A DNA stretch of 46,441 bases from a virus (taxonomy: Duplodnaviria; Caudoviricetes). A model generated the notes under the pieces. The model did no database searches. It saw nothing but the letters and a program-made list of their open reading frames with translations, and had not been told where the DNA came from. Where the stretch lies: positions 1 through 46,441 of IMG/VR virus record IMGVR_UViG_3300011334_000309. The stretch is one strand, 5' to 3'. Positions 1-9,916 of the stretch are shown here, in pieces; the first letter of the stretch is position 1, and the number at the start of each line of letters is the position of its first letter. The position numbers were made by a program, and so were the translations under genes.

Positions 1-1
1 T

Positions 2-427
2 GGGGTATATGGCGTGTCAACAGGCACTACATTCACTAGTATCCAAGGACAACAATACATTGTAGTAAGCGGTGGTACTGCGATTCAAAGCGGAAGTACA
101 TATCGTGTAGGAGAAGTATTTGTAGGTAACGCAACCTCGGTTACGTTCACAGGTGCAGCTAGGGTAGCACCGTTAAGTAGCACAACTGAAAAGACATTTG
201 TAACTGACTACAACTTAAGGCTAGCTATTTACAATTTGCAGTCTGAGCGTTTAGCCAATCCGTGTGCGTGCCAAAGTGATAGTGACATACAAATCGCAAC
301 GCTTTACAACTTGTTAGATTTTTTAAGCTACCAACAATACACGAATGCCGTAAGTTTCGAGCAGGCTACAGCATTGCTCGAGTTTGGTATGGTACAAGTT
401 TCACAAATTAAAAACCTTCCTTGCTAA
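2..427 (+). CDS. Partial virion protein, paralogue of the C-terminal half of 13045..13902
   Basis: Frame is open to the window edge. YIVV..G....Y..GEVF and the later Cys-containing helical segment match 13045..13902. Confidence 0.6.
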   Translation, partial: GVYGVSTGTTFTSIQGQQYIVVSGGTAIQSGSTYRVGEVFVGNATSVTFTGAARVAPLSSTTEKTFVTDYNLRLAIYNLQSERLANPCACQSDSDIQIATLYNLLDFLSYQQYTNAVSFEQATALLEFGMVQVSQIKNLPC

Positions 428-663
428 TGTATTCATTAAGAACAGAGCCATATAGAAGAGCGACATTTGACAAGGTATGTACGACATTTGTCAAGGGAAT
501 GTTTAACTATGCATCCAACGCAAGCTATACTACCATTAAGCCACTAGATGTAAATCTAACCACCTTGCTGATAGACTACTTGGATTTTGCGATACAGACC
601 CAAGATAGTAACACCGCATTGCAAGACCAAGTATTAGACACCACAATAATTAGCGTAAAATAA
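427..663 (+). CDS. Hypothetical protein
   Basis: ORF coupled to both neighbours by TAATG overlaps; ATG at 427. Confidence 0.6.
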   Translation: MYSLRTEPYRRATFDKVCTTFVKGMFNYASNASYTTIKPLDVNLTTLLIDYLDFAIQTQDSNTALQDQVLDTTIISVK

Positions 664-1376
664 TGATACCACAATTAAAAAGTATATTCAACGAAAATCA
701 ATTAACACAGTTAGTTAACCTATTAACACAAAAGGTTAACTTATTAATTGGCGGTAAAGAAAACGTATCTAACAAGCAAAACAGTTTAGCTACAGACGGA
801 ACGAACACAAAGTATCCAACTGTAACAGCTGTGAATACGGGATTGGCTACAAAGCTATCTACAACTGGTGGAACTATGTCTGGCCCTATCGCAATGGCCA
901 CAAACAAGATAACAGGACTTGGCACACCAACTGCTAATCAAGATGCAGCTACAAAGCTTTATGTAGATACAACATCAGCGTCAGCAGCCGCAACAGCCGC
1001 AGCCACAGCTGAAACTAATGCAAATGAATATACACTAAATGCTTTATCTACTAAACAAAACTTATTTGTTTATACCCTCTCTGTATCAGGTGTTACTGCT
1101 GTAACCATGAATGGGGTTCAAGGTGGAACAGCCATTTTTACACAAGTAGTTAATAAAAAATCAAGTCAATATTTTAGAATAAATTCTGACCAAATAACAG
1201 CTACATCTAAAATTATTGTTACTTTAGTCTATGATGGTAATGGTTATCCAATTATTGCAAGTCAAAAACTTGCTTTAGGAAGAGTAGATATATTAGTAGT
1301 TAATCCTGATATACTTACAACAGGAGGAACTAATACAGATGCATCTATTTCAATACAATACCAAATAGTAGGGTAA
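663..1376 (+). CDS. Putative fibre/decoration structural protein
   Basis: KENVSNK..YPT..AV and GGTMSG.I.M..NKITGLGTPT..QDAATK.YVD repeats typical of phage fibres; Thr/Ala rich. Confidence 0.6.
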   Translation: MIPQLKSIFNENQLTQLVNLLTQKVNLLIGGKENVSNKQNSLATDGTNTKYPTVTAVNTGLATKLSTTGGTMSGPIAMATNKITGLGTPTANQDAATKLYVDTTSASAAATAAATAETNANEYTLNALSTKQNLFVYTLSVSGVTAVTMNGVQGGTAIFTQVVNKKSSQYFRINSDQITATSKIIVTLVYDGNGYPIIASQKLALGRVDILVVNPDILTTGGTNTDASISIQYQIVG

Positions 1377-1666
1377 TGAAAAACACATTAGCGGGTACAA
1401 AGAAAGGTACTTCACGAAGTGCTAAGTTCTATCACGAAAACAGAGACGCTGCCAAGAAGAAGGCAGACTACGATAAGAAGTACCATGCTACAGATGAACG
1501 TAAGCAATATCGTACTGAGCTAAACAAAGCAAACCGAGATGCAGGAACATACGGGAATAAAGACGGTAAAGATGCAAGCCATTTAAAAAGTGGCAAGCTA
1601 ACCAAAGAGTCTCAGTCAGCAAACAGGGCACGGCAAGGGGCAAACGGGAAGTCAACAAAGAAATAG
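1376..1666 (+). CDS. Small basic HNH-like protein near the terminase
   Basis: DGKDASH...ESQSANR.R resembles the degenerate HNH motif of terminase-associated proteins. Confidence 0.45.
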   Translation: MKNTLAGTKKGTSRSAKFYHENRDAAKKKADYDKKYHATDERKQYRTELNKANRDAGTYGNKDGKDASHLKSGKLTKESQSANRARQGANGKSTKK

Positions 1667-1671
1667 GTAAT

Positions 1672-1992
1672 ATGAAAGAAGATATAGAAGAGTTAAAAAA
1701 GAAGTTAAGCGTATACCAAGACAGCCCTTTGAAAGACGGGTATCTTGCAATACTAAAACAGATTAATACTTGGAATCAAGATTTAACTAACGAGCCTACG
1801 AGCCTGAAGTATGACCCAGATAGCGGTGATGCAGACATGAAGGCATTTGATAAGGCACATAAATTCATCACAAGCATAGACACCTTGTACGATAAGCTAG
1901 AATATCTAAGGGGCAAGATGAATCCTGAGGAACAGAAGCAAGTAGATACAGCATCCAAACGTAGCGATAAAAGCGGCACGAAAGCAATATGA
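1672..1992 (+). CDS. Hypothetical protein, possible terminase small subunit
   Basis: Helical 106-aa ORF overlapping the terL start (ATGA); call is positional only. Confidence 0.4.
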   Translation: MKEDIEELKKKLSVYQDSPLKDGYLAILKQINTWNQDLTNEPTSLKYDPDSGDADMKAFDKAHKFITSIDTLYDKLEYLRGKMNPEEQKQVDTASKRSDKSGTKAI

Positions 1993-3845
1993 GTTTAAGT
2001 ATTATTGATAATACAAAACCCAAGTCTCCTATCTTCACATACCAACCAATACCCACTATATTCAGAACAGAACTAGATGAGCAAAAGTATTGGGTAGAAG
2101 AAAAGCGCAGATGGATAGAAGGGTATGAGGACATGACAGGTGCTCTATATTACTATGCTACCCAAATAAAGCTAAAGGATAGGGTTACAGGTAGGATATT
2201 CAGGCCAACTGTACGAGATGCTGACTTGGAAATATTCAGGGCTATACAAGACGCTAAAGCAGAAGGTTCAGCTCTTTACTTTCTAAAAGCCCGTGGTGTT
2301 GGTTTCTCAAGTATAGGCATGGCATTACCATTCTATTTCTCAAGGGTATATCCAAATAGTAATTGCGTAGCCACAAGCAAGGATAAGAAAACATTAGCAA
2401 CATTGTTTAAAGAAAAGACAATGGTAGCGTATGATAATCTAGACAGCCCATATGTACGGCCCGATGTGCTTGCAAAGAATGAGACTGCGAATGAATCGTT
2501 CTTATCAATAGGCATGAAGTACATCAATGATGACGGGAAAGAGAAGTATGCCACAAGTAATCTTTATTGCAGAGATACGCAAGAAAGCGAGAAGGCCGCT
2601 ACAAACTTCTCAGGGGGTGGAGCGATATACGGATTCGCAGATGAGGCAAGTCTAATGCCAAGACTGATGACTTTCTTTAACTCGGCTATTGAGATTTTTA
2701 AGGATACCGATGGCAAGATTGCAGGTACATTAGTACTAGGAGGAACAGCCGAAGCAAACATGGGTGCAGAACACATCCATAAGATACAGAACATTTGGCA
2801 AAATGCGGATGCTATGAATATCAAGCCATTGTTCTTGCCTGCAACTTATGGCAAGTATATGACTAATGGATGGAGCGACCACAAGAAAGCAGAAGAAGAA
2901 ATATTAAAAGAAAGAGAAAAGAAGGCAAAACTAAATGATGGCGGTGAAGCTTTAAAGGCTTATACCAAGAATCATCCACTAACAATAGAAGACATCTTTG
3001 ATTTTGGTGGTAGCAGTAGATGGGATGATTACGCAATAGAAAGAATTAATCTACAAGCAAAACATCTGAACATCCCAAGTAACCAACCAAGCATAGGTAA
3101 CTATTCTGTAGTTGAGCGTGAAGATGATATGCTAGCAGTGCCTAACGCTAAGAGCAATATTAAAATATATCAGCATCCTGAGCAAAATACAAACTACGTG
3201 CTAGGGATAGATGCCACAATGAGTACCGACAATACGAGTGGTGCAAGTGGTAACTCTAAGTTTGCACTTATAGTAATGAAGGGTATACATCCACAATCTG
3301 ATTCAGAGTTCAGTCCTGTGTGTACATACCTTGAACGGCCCAAGGATTTTGAGGTTACGTTTGATACTGTAATACGTATTCTGAAGTACTACAACAAGTA
3401 CGGTAATGCAAAGATAGCAGGTGAGTTAAATGCCACGGGAGGTGTATTAGTAGAAAAGATACAGCGACTAGGTATGGCAAACACTATTATTGCCCGTAAG
3501 GACTTAAACAAAAGCGGATGGGTAAATACAAAGAAGCCATGGTTCTATCGTGTAGATTCAATTATTGATTGGCAGTACACGCAAATGAACAGGTACTTTA
3601 AAAAGTATGCAGAGCGTGTTAAGTTTATAGAGCTGATACAAGATGCCCAAAAGGGTAACGATGCCAATACGGATATCTTAGATGCCTTTGCCGCTGCAAT
3701 ATGGGGCTTTGGTTCAGGAGACATATTAGAGGGTACGACTAATACAAAGAAAAGACAAGAAGTAATAGGCGTAAGGTACGTACAATTAAGAGATGGATTG
3801 ATGGGATGGGAGAGTTACGACATCAATACAGGTAAGGCTGTATAA
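1989..3845 (+). CDS. terL: Terminase large subunit
   Basis: Walker A-like LKARGVGFS, Walker B GFADEA, motif III GGTA, RNase H-like YVLGID and DILDA; lies upstream of the portal. Confidence 0.92.
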   Translation: MSLSIIDNTKPKSPIFTYQPIPTIFRTELDEQKYWVEEKRRWIEGYEDMTGALYYYATQIKLKDRVTGRIFRPTVRDADLEIFRAIQDAKAEGSALYFLKARGVGFSSIGMALPFYFSRVYPNSNCVATSKDKKTLATLFKEKTMVAYDNLDSPYVRPDVLAKNETANESFLSIGMKYINDDGKEKYATSNLYCRDTQESEKAATNFSGGGAIYGFADEASLMPRLMTFFNSAIEIFKDTDGKIAGTLVLGGTAEANMGAEHIHKIQNIWQNADAMNIKPLFLPATYGKYMTNGWSDHKKAEEEILKEREKKAKLNDGGEALKAYTKNHPLTIEDIFDFGGSSRWDDYAIERINLQAKHLNIPSNQPSIGNYSVVEREDDMLAVPNAKSNIKIYQHPEQNTNYVLGIDATMSTDNTSGASGNSKFALIVMKGIHPQSDSEFSPVCTYLERPKDFEVTFDTVIRILKYYNKYGNAKIAGELNATGGVLVEKIQRLGMANTIIARKDLNKSGWVNTKKPWFYRVDSIIDWQYTQMNRYFKKYAERVKFIELIQDAQKGNDANTDILDAFAAAIWGFGSGDILEGTTNTKKRQEVIGVRYVQLRDGLMGWESYDINTGKAV

Positions 3846-3876
3846 GGTGTTACTTTTTTGTTTTATATAAATAGAC

Positions 3877-3884
3877 TATATTTG
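3877..3884 (+). promoter_or_regulatory. Bacteroidota -7 promoter element TATATTTG (portal)
   Basis: Matches TAnnTTTG, 18 nt before the ATG. Confidence 0.65.
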
Positions 3885-3902
3885 TAATAAAATAATATTA
3901 AT

Positions 3903-6035
3903 ATGTATCAAGTACCTCCAGGTTCAATAATAAGGCAACCCTCACAAACTCAGAAAGAGTTTACCGAGGAAGATTATATGAACAATGCCCGATTTGTTGC
4001 AAGTAATTGGAATAAAGTAGTTTACAATTTTACACCTGAAGGTAGAGGTGCTACGGCTACTCCAAAGTTTTGGGTAATAGACTACTTACAAAATGCAAGT
4101 TATTGGTTTGGTAAGAATGTAGATACAGATTATGCGTTTGCCACAAAGGATGAACTAAACAACGCCATACCTGTTCCTATGTTTAGAGGTCAGGATATAC
4201 AGGCACTAATAAAGCATACCATAGGCGTTATTTCTGCACTAGTGGCGCAAGTACCTGAAATCATTAATGTGCAATCAATGAGTACTGACTTAATCAGCAA
4301 AAAGAAATTATTGCGTGATTTAGCTTTATTCAATATAAGGAACAAAACATTTGCAGACTACGTAAAGGAATTAACAGGGTTAGAGGTTCAGCCAATTAAG
4401 GATATGGACTTTAACAATGTTGATGAAGTAGAAGCTTATTTCGCAGACTACAAAGATGCGTTAGAGAATCTATACATAATCCTTGCAAGATATTCATTCC
4501 AATTTAACTATGGTAATGAGTTCTTTGAAAAGCAAGCTGCATATTATGGTATAGGTGGTGTTATAGGTTGCCGTGTGTATGCACAGAATGGTAAACCTAA
4601 GTGGAGATTAATCGAGCCACAGAACCTAATATGGGACAACTATCAATCACAAGACCAGCATAGAAACGATAGATTTTCGGGTGAGTACTTTGAAAGAACT
4701 GTGCCTGAGTTATTGACAATGTTTAAATGGACTCCCGAAGAACGTAAAGATATAGAAGCAATGGCCGATGCAGGAAATACGATTTGGGCAACGTACAACG
4801 TACCAATGGGTAACAACCTTATTTGGTGGAGAAGTACAGCTGTCGGTATTCCTATGGTAGCTATTGTTCATGCAGAATGGAGAAGTTTAAAGTACGAAGG
4901 AATAGATGAAAATGGTGATGAGATTTGGTCTCCTTGCTTACGTCAAGTTTGGCTTATAGGCAACAAGTACGTAAAGGATTATGGAGAAAGTCCAAACCAA
5001 ATGTTTGATAAGACAGACTCTTCAAGCCAACGCTCATGCTATATTGTAGCAAGTGCTGACACCGTAATGGGGGTAAGCATGGGTATAGCAGGTAGGTTAA
5101 AAGAATACCAAAAGCTAAAGGATTACTTCCAAACTAAGTTAAACCAATTAGTATACAACTCAAAAGGTAAGCGTTATGTAATGTATGCTGATGCTATGCC
5201 AGAGGGGATGAGAAGTCCTGATATCCTTGCACAATTAACCCAAGCGGGTATGGTGATTCTACCAAGCCGTGATATAGATGACCCACAAGGTAATAGCAAG
5301 TTAATAGAAACAATAGATATGACGTTAGACCCGTCTATACTTGGTTTATCCCAATTAATAGATAGGCTAAGAGCTTACATGGATGATATCATTTCTATGC
5401 CTGCAAACTCACGTGGTATGGTAACAAACTACCAAAGTAAGGATACGCTAAGGATGAACTTAGAAAGTGCTAGTAAAGGAATGTCAAGTTACTATTCTAC
5501 ATTCTATACATGGACACTAAGACTTCTTGAGTATAGTGCAGACCTTGCAAAAACAATCATGGCCGAATCTGATGAAGATACAATGTCTCTTCTAGTAGGT
5601 GATGCAATGGTGGAATTTGTAGAGACAAAAGACATCAAAGATATGCAGATGAAAGACTTTGCAATGTCGTTAGGATTACAAGACTTCTTGAGTGACCAAG
5701 AACGTGCAATGTTCGTACAGTACTACATGCAACGTGCAAATGCTACGAATGACCCTGAAGATGAATTGGTATTTGCAAATATTGCCCGTATCAAAACAAA
5801 AACAGAGATGTACAACTATATAGAAAGTGTAGTATCGAAGAAGATAGACCGCAAGCAACAAGAGATGATGCAAGCCCAACAGCAACAGCAAGCCATGGCA
5901 GCACAAGCAGCTGATGCACAAGTAGCCAGCGCAGAAATTGGACAACAGACAGCATTAGAGGGGCAGGCAATGAAGCAAGAAGGCGATGTAGATAAGATGA
6001 TACTCCAAAAGCAATTAGAACAAGAAATGCAATAA
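3903..6035 (+). CDS. Portal protein
   Basis: 710 aa, directly after terL, with the Q/A-rich C-terminal coiled coil typical of podovirus/crAss-like portals. Confidence 0.85.
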   Translation: MYQVPPGSIIRQPSQTQKEFTEEDYMNNARFVASNWNKVVYNFTPEGRGATATPKFWVIDYLQNASYWFGKNVDTDYAFATKDELNNAIPVPMFRGQDIQALIKHTIGVISALVAQVPEIINVQSMSTDLISKKKLLRDLALFNIRNKTFADYVKELTGLEVQPIKDMDFNNVDEVEAYFADYKDALENLYIILARYSFQFNYGNEFFEKQAAYYGIGGVIGCRVYAQNGKPKWRLIEPQNLIWDNYQSQDQHRNDRFSGEYFERTVPELLTMFKWTPEERKDIEAMADAGNTIWATYNVPMGNNLIWWRSTAVGIPMVAIVHAEWRSLKYEGIDENGDEIWSPCLRQVWLIGNKYVKDYGESPNQMFDKTDSSSQRSCYIVASADTVMGVSMGIAGRLKEYQKLKDYFQTKLNQLVYNSKGKRYVMYADAMPEGMRSPDILAQLTQAGMVILPSRDIDDPQGNSKLIETIDMTLDPSILGLSQLIDRLRAYMDDIISMPANSRGMVTNYQSKDTLRMNLESASKGMSSYYSTFYTWTLRLLEYSADLAKTIMAESDEDTMSLLVGDAMVEFVETKDIKDMQMKDFAMSLGLQDFLSDQERAMFVQYYMQRANATNDPEDELVFANIARIKTKTEMYNYIESVVSKKIDRKQQEMMQAQQQQQAMAAQAADAQVASAEIGQQTALEGQAMKQEGDVDKMILQKQLEQEMQ

Positions 6036-6039
6036 AAAG

Positions 6040-6067
6040 AAAAGCCAACTTAATCGTTGGCTTTTTT
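6040..6067. terminator. Bidirectional intrinsic terminator
   Basis: AAAAGCCAAC-TTAATC-GTTGGCTTTTTT between convergent genes. Confidence 0.85.
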
Positions 6068-6271
6068 GTTTTGTAGTTTATAAATTTCTTTGGTGACATC
6101 TCCACGGAGCTTATTTGGGTTTGTAGTTATCTCAAGCCAAAAGTTATAGCAATAGATTAAGAAGTCAGAATCTGACATTCCCATTTCTGCTGCGTATGTT
6201 TTCATTGTCTGTTTAAAAGTGGGTATAGTGTATACCCTAATCTCTGCCTTTCTCTTTACTTTTTCCTGCAT
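6050..6271 (-). CDS. Small ribbon-helix-helix-like DNA-binding protein
   Basis: ATG at 6271. KAEIRVY strand followed by helices FKQTMKTYAAEMGMSDSDFL fits the RHH pattern; has its own promoter motif. Confidence 0.55.
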   Translation of the reverse strand: MQEKVKRKAEIRVYTIPTFKQTMKTYAAEMGMSDSDFLIYCYNFWLEITTNPNKLRGDVTKEIYKLQNKKAND

Positions 6272-6317
6272 AATGCTTTTTTGCGTATAGGTTATGCGCA
6301 CAATACTGATTACATAA

Positions 6318-6357
6318 CAAATATACAATTTATATTGTTTCTAAACAATTATTTTTG
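6318..6357. promoter_or_regulatory. Divergent -7 promoter pair (RHH gene / capsid operon)
   Basis: TATATTTG on - (6318-6325) and TATTTTTG on + (6350-6357). Confidence 0.6.
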
Positions 6358-6377
6358 TATGAGAAAAATTAAGGAAA

Positions 6378-7448
6378 ATGGAAAATACAGGTTTAGAAGT
6401 TGAAAATGACGACTTGACGGCATTTTTATCTGAAAGATACAGTTCAGATGAACCCGCAGGTACGCCATCAACTGAAGCTGCAAGTGCAGACCCAGTTGAA
6501 ACACAGATTACAAATGAAGTAGAAGCTGCCACACAAGCAGCCGAAACAACAGAAACGGTTCAAACAAATGAGCCATCGTTCTTTGAAACACCCGATTTAT
6601 TTAAGGATGAATCAGACCCAACAAAAGACTCAGCACAGCCAATAGCTAGTGAAGAGTTCATGCAAGAACTAGAATCTTACAAAGCAGAATTACAAAGGTT
6701 AAAATCAAATCCTTTAGTAGACGCTTTAGAGCAGTATGGTATGCTTGATGAATTTGACATTAAGAAGTACGCTTCTGAGTTGATGAGCAAAGATTATGGT
6801 CAGATGTCGCTAACAGAGTTAGTAGCAGAAAACATAAGACTTGAGTATCCTGACTTAACTGCTGAAGAATTAACTTCCGAAGTAGAGCAGTACATGGCTT
6901 ACAAGAATGTCGATGAATATTCAAGCCGTATTGTAAAGTCTGAAATGGAAAAGGCATTGCGTGCAGAATTAGCAAGCAAAACACCTAAGTCAGATTACAT
7001 CCAAAAATTAGAAGAGGCCGCAAAGTCAATGAAGCCAGTTTCTCAGCAAGACCAAATCAATCAGATTATGGAAGGCTACAAGAAAGAGAAAGAGGTACTA
7101 GTTGATTTCACAAGCCAAATCAAAGGGCAAAACCTATATGGTATCGAGCTAGCTGATGAGCATGTACAAGGAATACAGAAAGTGTATGAAGAATTGTTCA
7201 ACCCACAGGCCGCACCATTTACAAAGCAAGACGGTTCATTTGACGTAAAGAACTTTACATTGTTTGCACATAAAGTAGCTAACTATGAGAAGAACTTAAA
7301 AGCGGCATATGACCTAGGCAAGAGTGAAACATTAAAAGGGAGAGTGAATGTTGACCCATTAGGCTCAGTAGTATCAACCTCTCCAACAACAGATACAAGA
7401 ACTGCTAATCAAATTATTAGAGAAGACTTGGACAACAGAACATATTAA
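6378..7448 (+). CDS. Putative capsid scaffolding protein
   Basis: Acidic, disordered N-terminus, helical, located between portal and major capsid protein. Confidence 0.65.
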   Translation: MENTGLEVENDDLTAFLSERYSSDEPAGTPSTEAASADPVETQITNEVEAATQAAETTETVQTNEPSFFETPDLFKDESDPTKDSAQPIASEEFMQELESYKAELQRLKSNPLVDALEQYGMLDEFDIKKYASELMSKDYGQMSLTELVAENIRLEYPDLTAEELTSEVEQYMAYKNVDEYSSRIVKSEMEKALRAELASKTPKSDYIQKLEEAAKSMKPVSQQDQINQIMEGYKKEKEVLVDFTSQIKGQNLYGIELADEHVQGIQKVYEELFNPQAAPFTKQDGSFDVKNFTLFAHKVANYEKNLKAAYDLGKSETLKGRVNVDPLGSVVSTSPTTDTRTANQIIREDLDNRTY

Positions 7449-7475
7449 CCAAACATAAAAATTAAAAAATAAAAA

Positions 7476-8819
7476 ATGGCATTTCCAAATTCAACATTTA
7501 TCGACCCGAATTTACCGTTAGTATCGGTATTTACGGATTATGGTATCAATGAGCGTCAAGTAGAACCTCTTGTACCAAAGTTAGCACCAGCGTTTTCACG
7601 TAGTGTTATCTCTGCAATTGCCGAGCAAATTGGTAAACCCCAATTAGTAAGCGCAAAAACTCCTATCTTCCAAATCTATCGTCAACCAAATGACTGGGCT
7701 GCTGCAACAATTGCAAGCCGTTCTGCTGTTGGTACTGACTTAGTATTAGGATGGTCTGACCCTACCTTCCAAGCTATTCGTGTTGGTAACATGACTCAAT
7801 CTAAAAGCGGTGCTTTAGGTATCATCAAAACTGCTTCAGCAGGTACAGTAACTATTGGTTTTTTATCAAACCCTAATGGTTCAACTGCATTCACTGCAAG
7901 TGATTTCGTAATTGGAGAATTAGCATCTGATAGAGGAGACGTTACAGACCGTGACAATCGTCTAAGCAAGAGCACTTTATTCACCATGCCTGTGCCTTAC
8001 CAAAACATTGTAAGTTCTATCTCTGATACTACTACTGTTAACTTCTCAGAAGCTAATCAGTTCACGTACTTGAAGAACATCAATGGCACTCAATACTATG
8101 CTTTGAATAAAGTAACTCAAATGTTAGGTCGTTTGCAACAAACTTATTCAATCCGTATGGTTGGTGACATCCCTGCAAATTTCAACACATCTACCCCAGT
8201 TGGTGGTTCATTGATTTGGCAGATTAAAAACCAAGGTGGAACGTCTCGTGCAATTAATACTGCTGTGACTGAAACTGAATTTAACGAAGCAATCCAACAA
8301 TACATCAATAACGGGGGTTACTCTTCTAAAGAGGTTATCATCGTTGCTGGTTCTAGCTACATCCAAGATTTGCAAAAGAACGTGTTTAAACAATACGTAA
8401 CTACTGCGGGTGATACTAACGTATTAGGTGGTAAAACCGTTAAAGGTTTGAACATTATGTCTTACTACTACTCAGGATTTACTTTCCACTTAATTATGGA
8501 TGAGTTCTTGAACAACCCGAACATTTGGCAACCATCTACATTATTTGCAGGCGAAACTGTACGTTCTAAATCAGCGATTTGGATGAATGCAGCTCCTTGT
8601 CCTACAGAAAATGGTGGTGTTTTACCATTCGTATCTGATTACTACTACGGTGTACCTGACATGATTGTAACCGAAGTTAAAGGTATGACAGACATGATGG
8701 GCCGTCCTGTAAAAGAAGGTGTTAATGGTAAATTATCAAGTACAGTTGAGGTTAACTGGAACAAAACTACCCAGTTTAACAACCCTGCACAATGTATGTT
8801 CCATTACGCTTCAGCATAA
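7476..8819 (+). CDS. Major capsid protein
   Basis: 447 aa, position in the module, strongly biased codons; GSLIWQIK..G and G.T...Y....F motifs resemble crAss-like capsid proteins. Confidence 0.8.
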   Translation: MAFPNSTFIDPNLPLVSVFTDYGINERQVEPLVPKLAPAFSRSVISAIAEQIGKPQLVSAKTPIFQIYRQPNDWAAATIASRSAVGTDLVLGWSDPTFQAIRVGNMTQSKSGALGIIKTASAGTVTIGFLSNPNGSTAFTASDFVIGELASDRGDVTDRDNRLSKSTLFTMPVPYQNIVSSISDTTTVNFSEANQFTYLKNINGTQYYALNKVTQMLGRLQQTYSIRMVGDIPANFNTSTPVGGSLIWQIKNQGGTSRAINTAVTETEFNEAIQQYINNGGYSSKEVIIVAGSSYIQDLQKNVFKQYVTTAGDTNVLGGKTVKGLNIMSYYYSGFTFHLIMDEFLNNPNIWQPSTLFAGETVRSKSAIWMNAAPCPTENGGVLPFVSDYYYGVPDMIVTEVKGMTDMMGRPVKEGVNGKLSSTVEVNWNKTTQFNNPAQCMFHYASA

Positions 8820-8851
8820 TTAATTGTTTAACAAAATAATAAAAATATAAA

Positions 8852-9793
8852 ATGAGCGTAACATTATTAAACGTATTAAATACAGTAACCGCACTAGGCA
8901 CGGATGCCTATGTAGATTCAAGCGGATATCTAAACTTACAAGGTTCACCTGCTTTCAAAGCATCTGGAATTAGTAACATGACCGTTACTCCTTATGTACC
9001 TGAATTAGCGCAAGTTTCTACAGTAACAATCAGTACAGTAACTAGCAATGCACTTTATACTATGTCTTTAGTTTGCAGCGATGTAAACAGCGGTATGGTT
9101 TCAAGCGTACCTTTGACTGTAACTTCTGATAGCACTGCTACCAACACTGAAATTGCTGCTGCGTTTGCTGCTGCTATCAACAGTATGCCTGAGTTATCAG
9201 TAACTGCTACATCAAGCACTACTTTAGTTGTAACTGCAAAGCCTGGTTTCGCAATCTTTACCTTAGTAACTTCTGATGCTAAATTAAGCATCTCTACTGC
9301 TACTGGTACAGTAGGTGCAGGAACAGGTACTTCATTAATTGCTAAATACCCAAGTACTGCTGGTTATTACAATGCAGGTGGCTTTAATGCCGCTGCAAGC
9401 ATTGTTGCAACTAACACTTACACTGAAGTATTAATCAGCTCGATTAATGGTAATTCTGCTGTAATCCTTGTAAAATCTGACGCAACTAACTATGCTGACC
9501 TATTAGGTACTTATGGTACATTAACAGGATTGCAAGCTGGTTTCAGAGTAATCATTTCTGCCCCTGCAACTACAACTGCAGCTGTAACAATTACAACTGG
9601 TGCTATTGCATTATCAGGTGGTGCAGCTACTTTTGCTACTTTAGGTGGTAGAGGCGGTGATTACATTGTAATAAGTACCGACATCACTCGTATCACAGGT
9701 ATAATAGGCTTAACTACTGCATTTGGTTCTTTAACCACTGCTGCTGGTCCTGCTACCTTCAAATACGCTGCTTGGAGAAACTTACCTTTATAA
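8852..9793 (+). CDS. Auxiliary capsid/structural protein
   Basis: Thr/Ala/Ser-rich beta protein directly after the capsid gene, followed by a terminator. Confidence 0.65.
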   Translation: MSVTLLNVLNTVTALGTDAYVDSSGYLNLQGSPAFKASGISNMTVTPYVPELAQVSTVTISTVTSNALYTMSLVCSDVNSGMVSSVPLTVTSDSTATNTEIAAAFAAAINSMPELSVTATSSTTLVVTAKPGFAIFTLVTSDAKLSISTATGTVGAGTGTSLIAKYPSTAGYYNAGGFNAAASIVATNTYTEVLISSINGNSAVILVKSDATNYADLLGTYGTLTGLQAGFRVIISAPATTTAAVTITTGAIALSGGAATFATLGGRGGDYIVISTDITRITGIIGLTTAFGSLTTAAGPATFKYAAWRNLPL

Positions 9794-9835
9794 GACCTGT
9801 TTTCTCTTTTTTTTCTTTCATATTTTCCCATATAG

Positions 9836-9860
9836 AACACCTCTTCGGAGGTGTTTTATT
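9836..9860 (+). terminator. Intrinsic terminator of the capsid operon
   Basis: AACACCTC-TTCG-GAGGTGTT followed by a T tract. Confidence 0.9.
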
Positions 9861-9885
9861 TTTTTGTATTATATATAAATTATAG

Positions 9886-9893
9886 TATATTTG
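9886..9893 (+). promoter_or_regulatory. -7 element TATATTTG
   Basis: TAnnTTTG just after the terminator and upstream of ATG 9917. Confidence 0.65.
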
Positions 9894-9916
9894 TAATACT
9901 TATAACAGGTAAAAAA

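Noticed and set aside
9851-9916. ORF-track N-terminal extension from 9851 (also 6328, 11160, 42938)
   Set aside because: These run through terminators or promoter motifs; downstream ATGs fit better.
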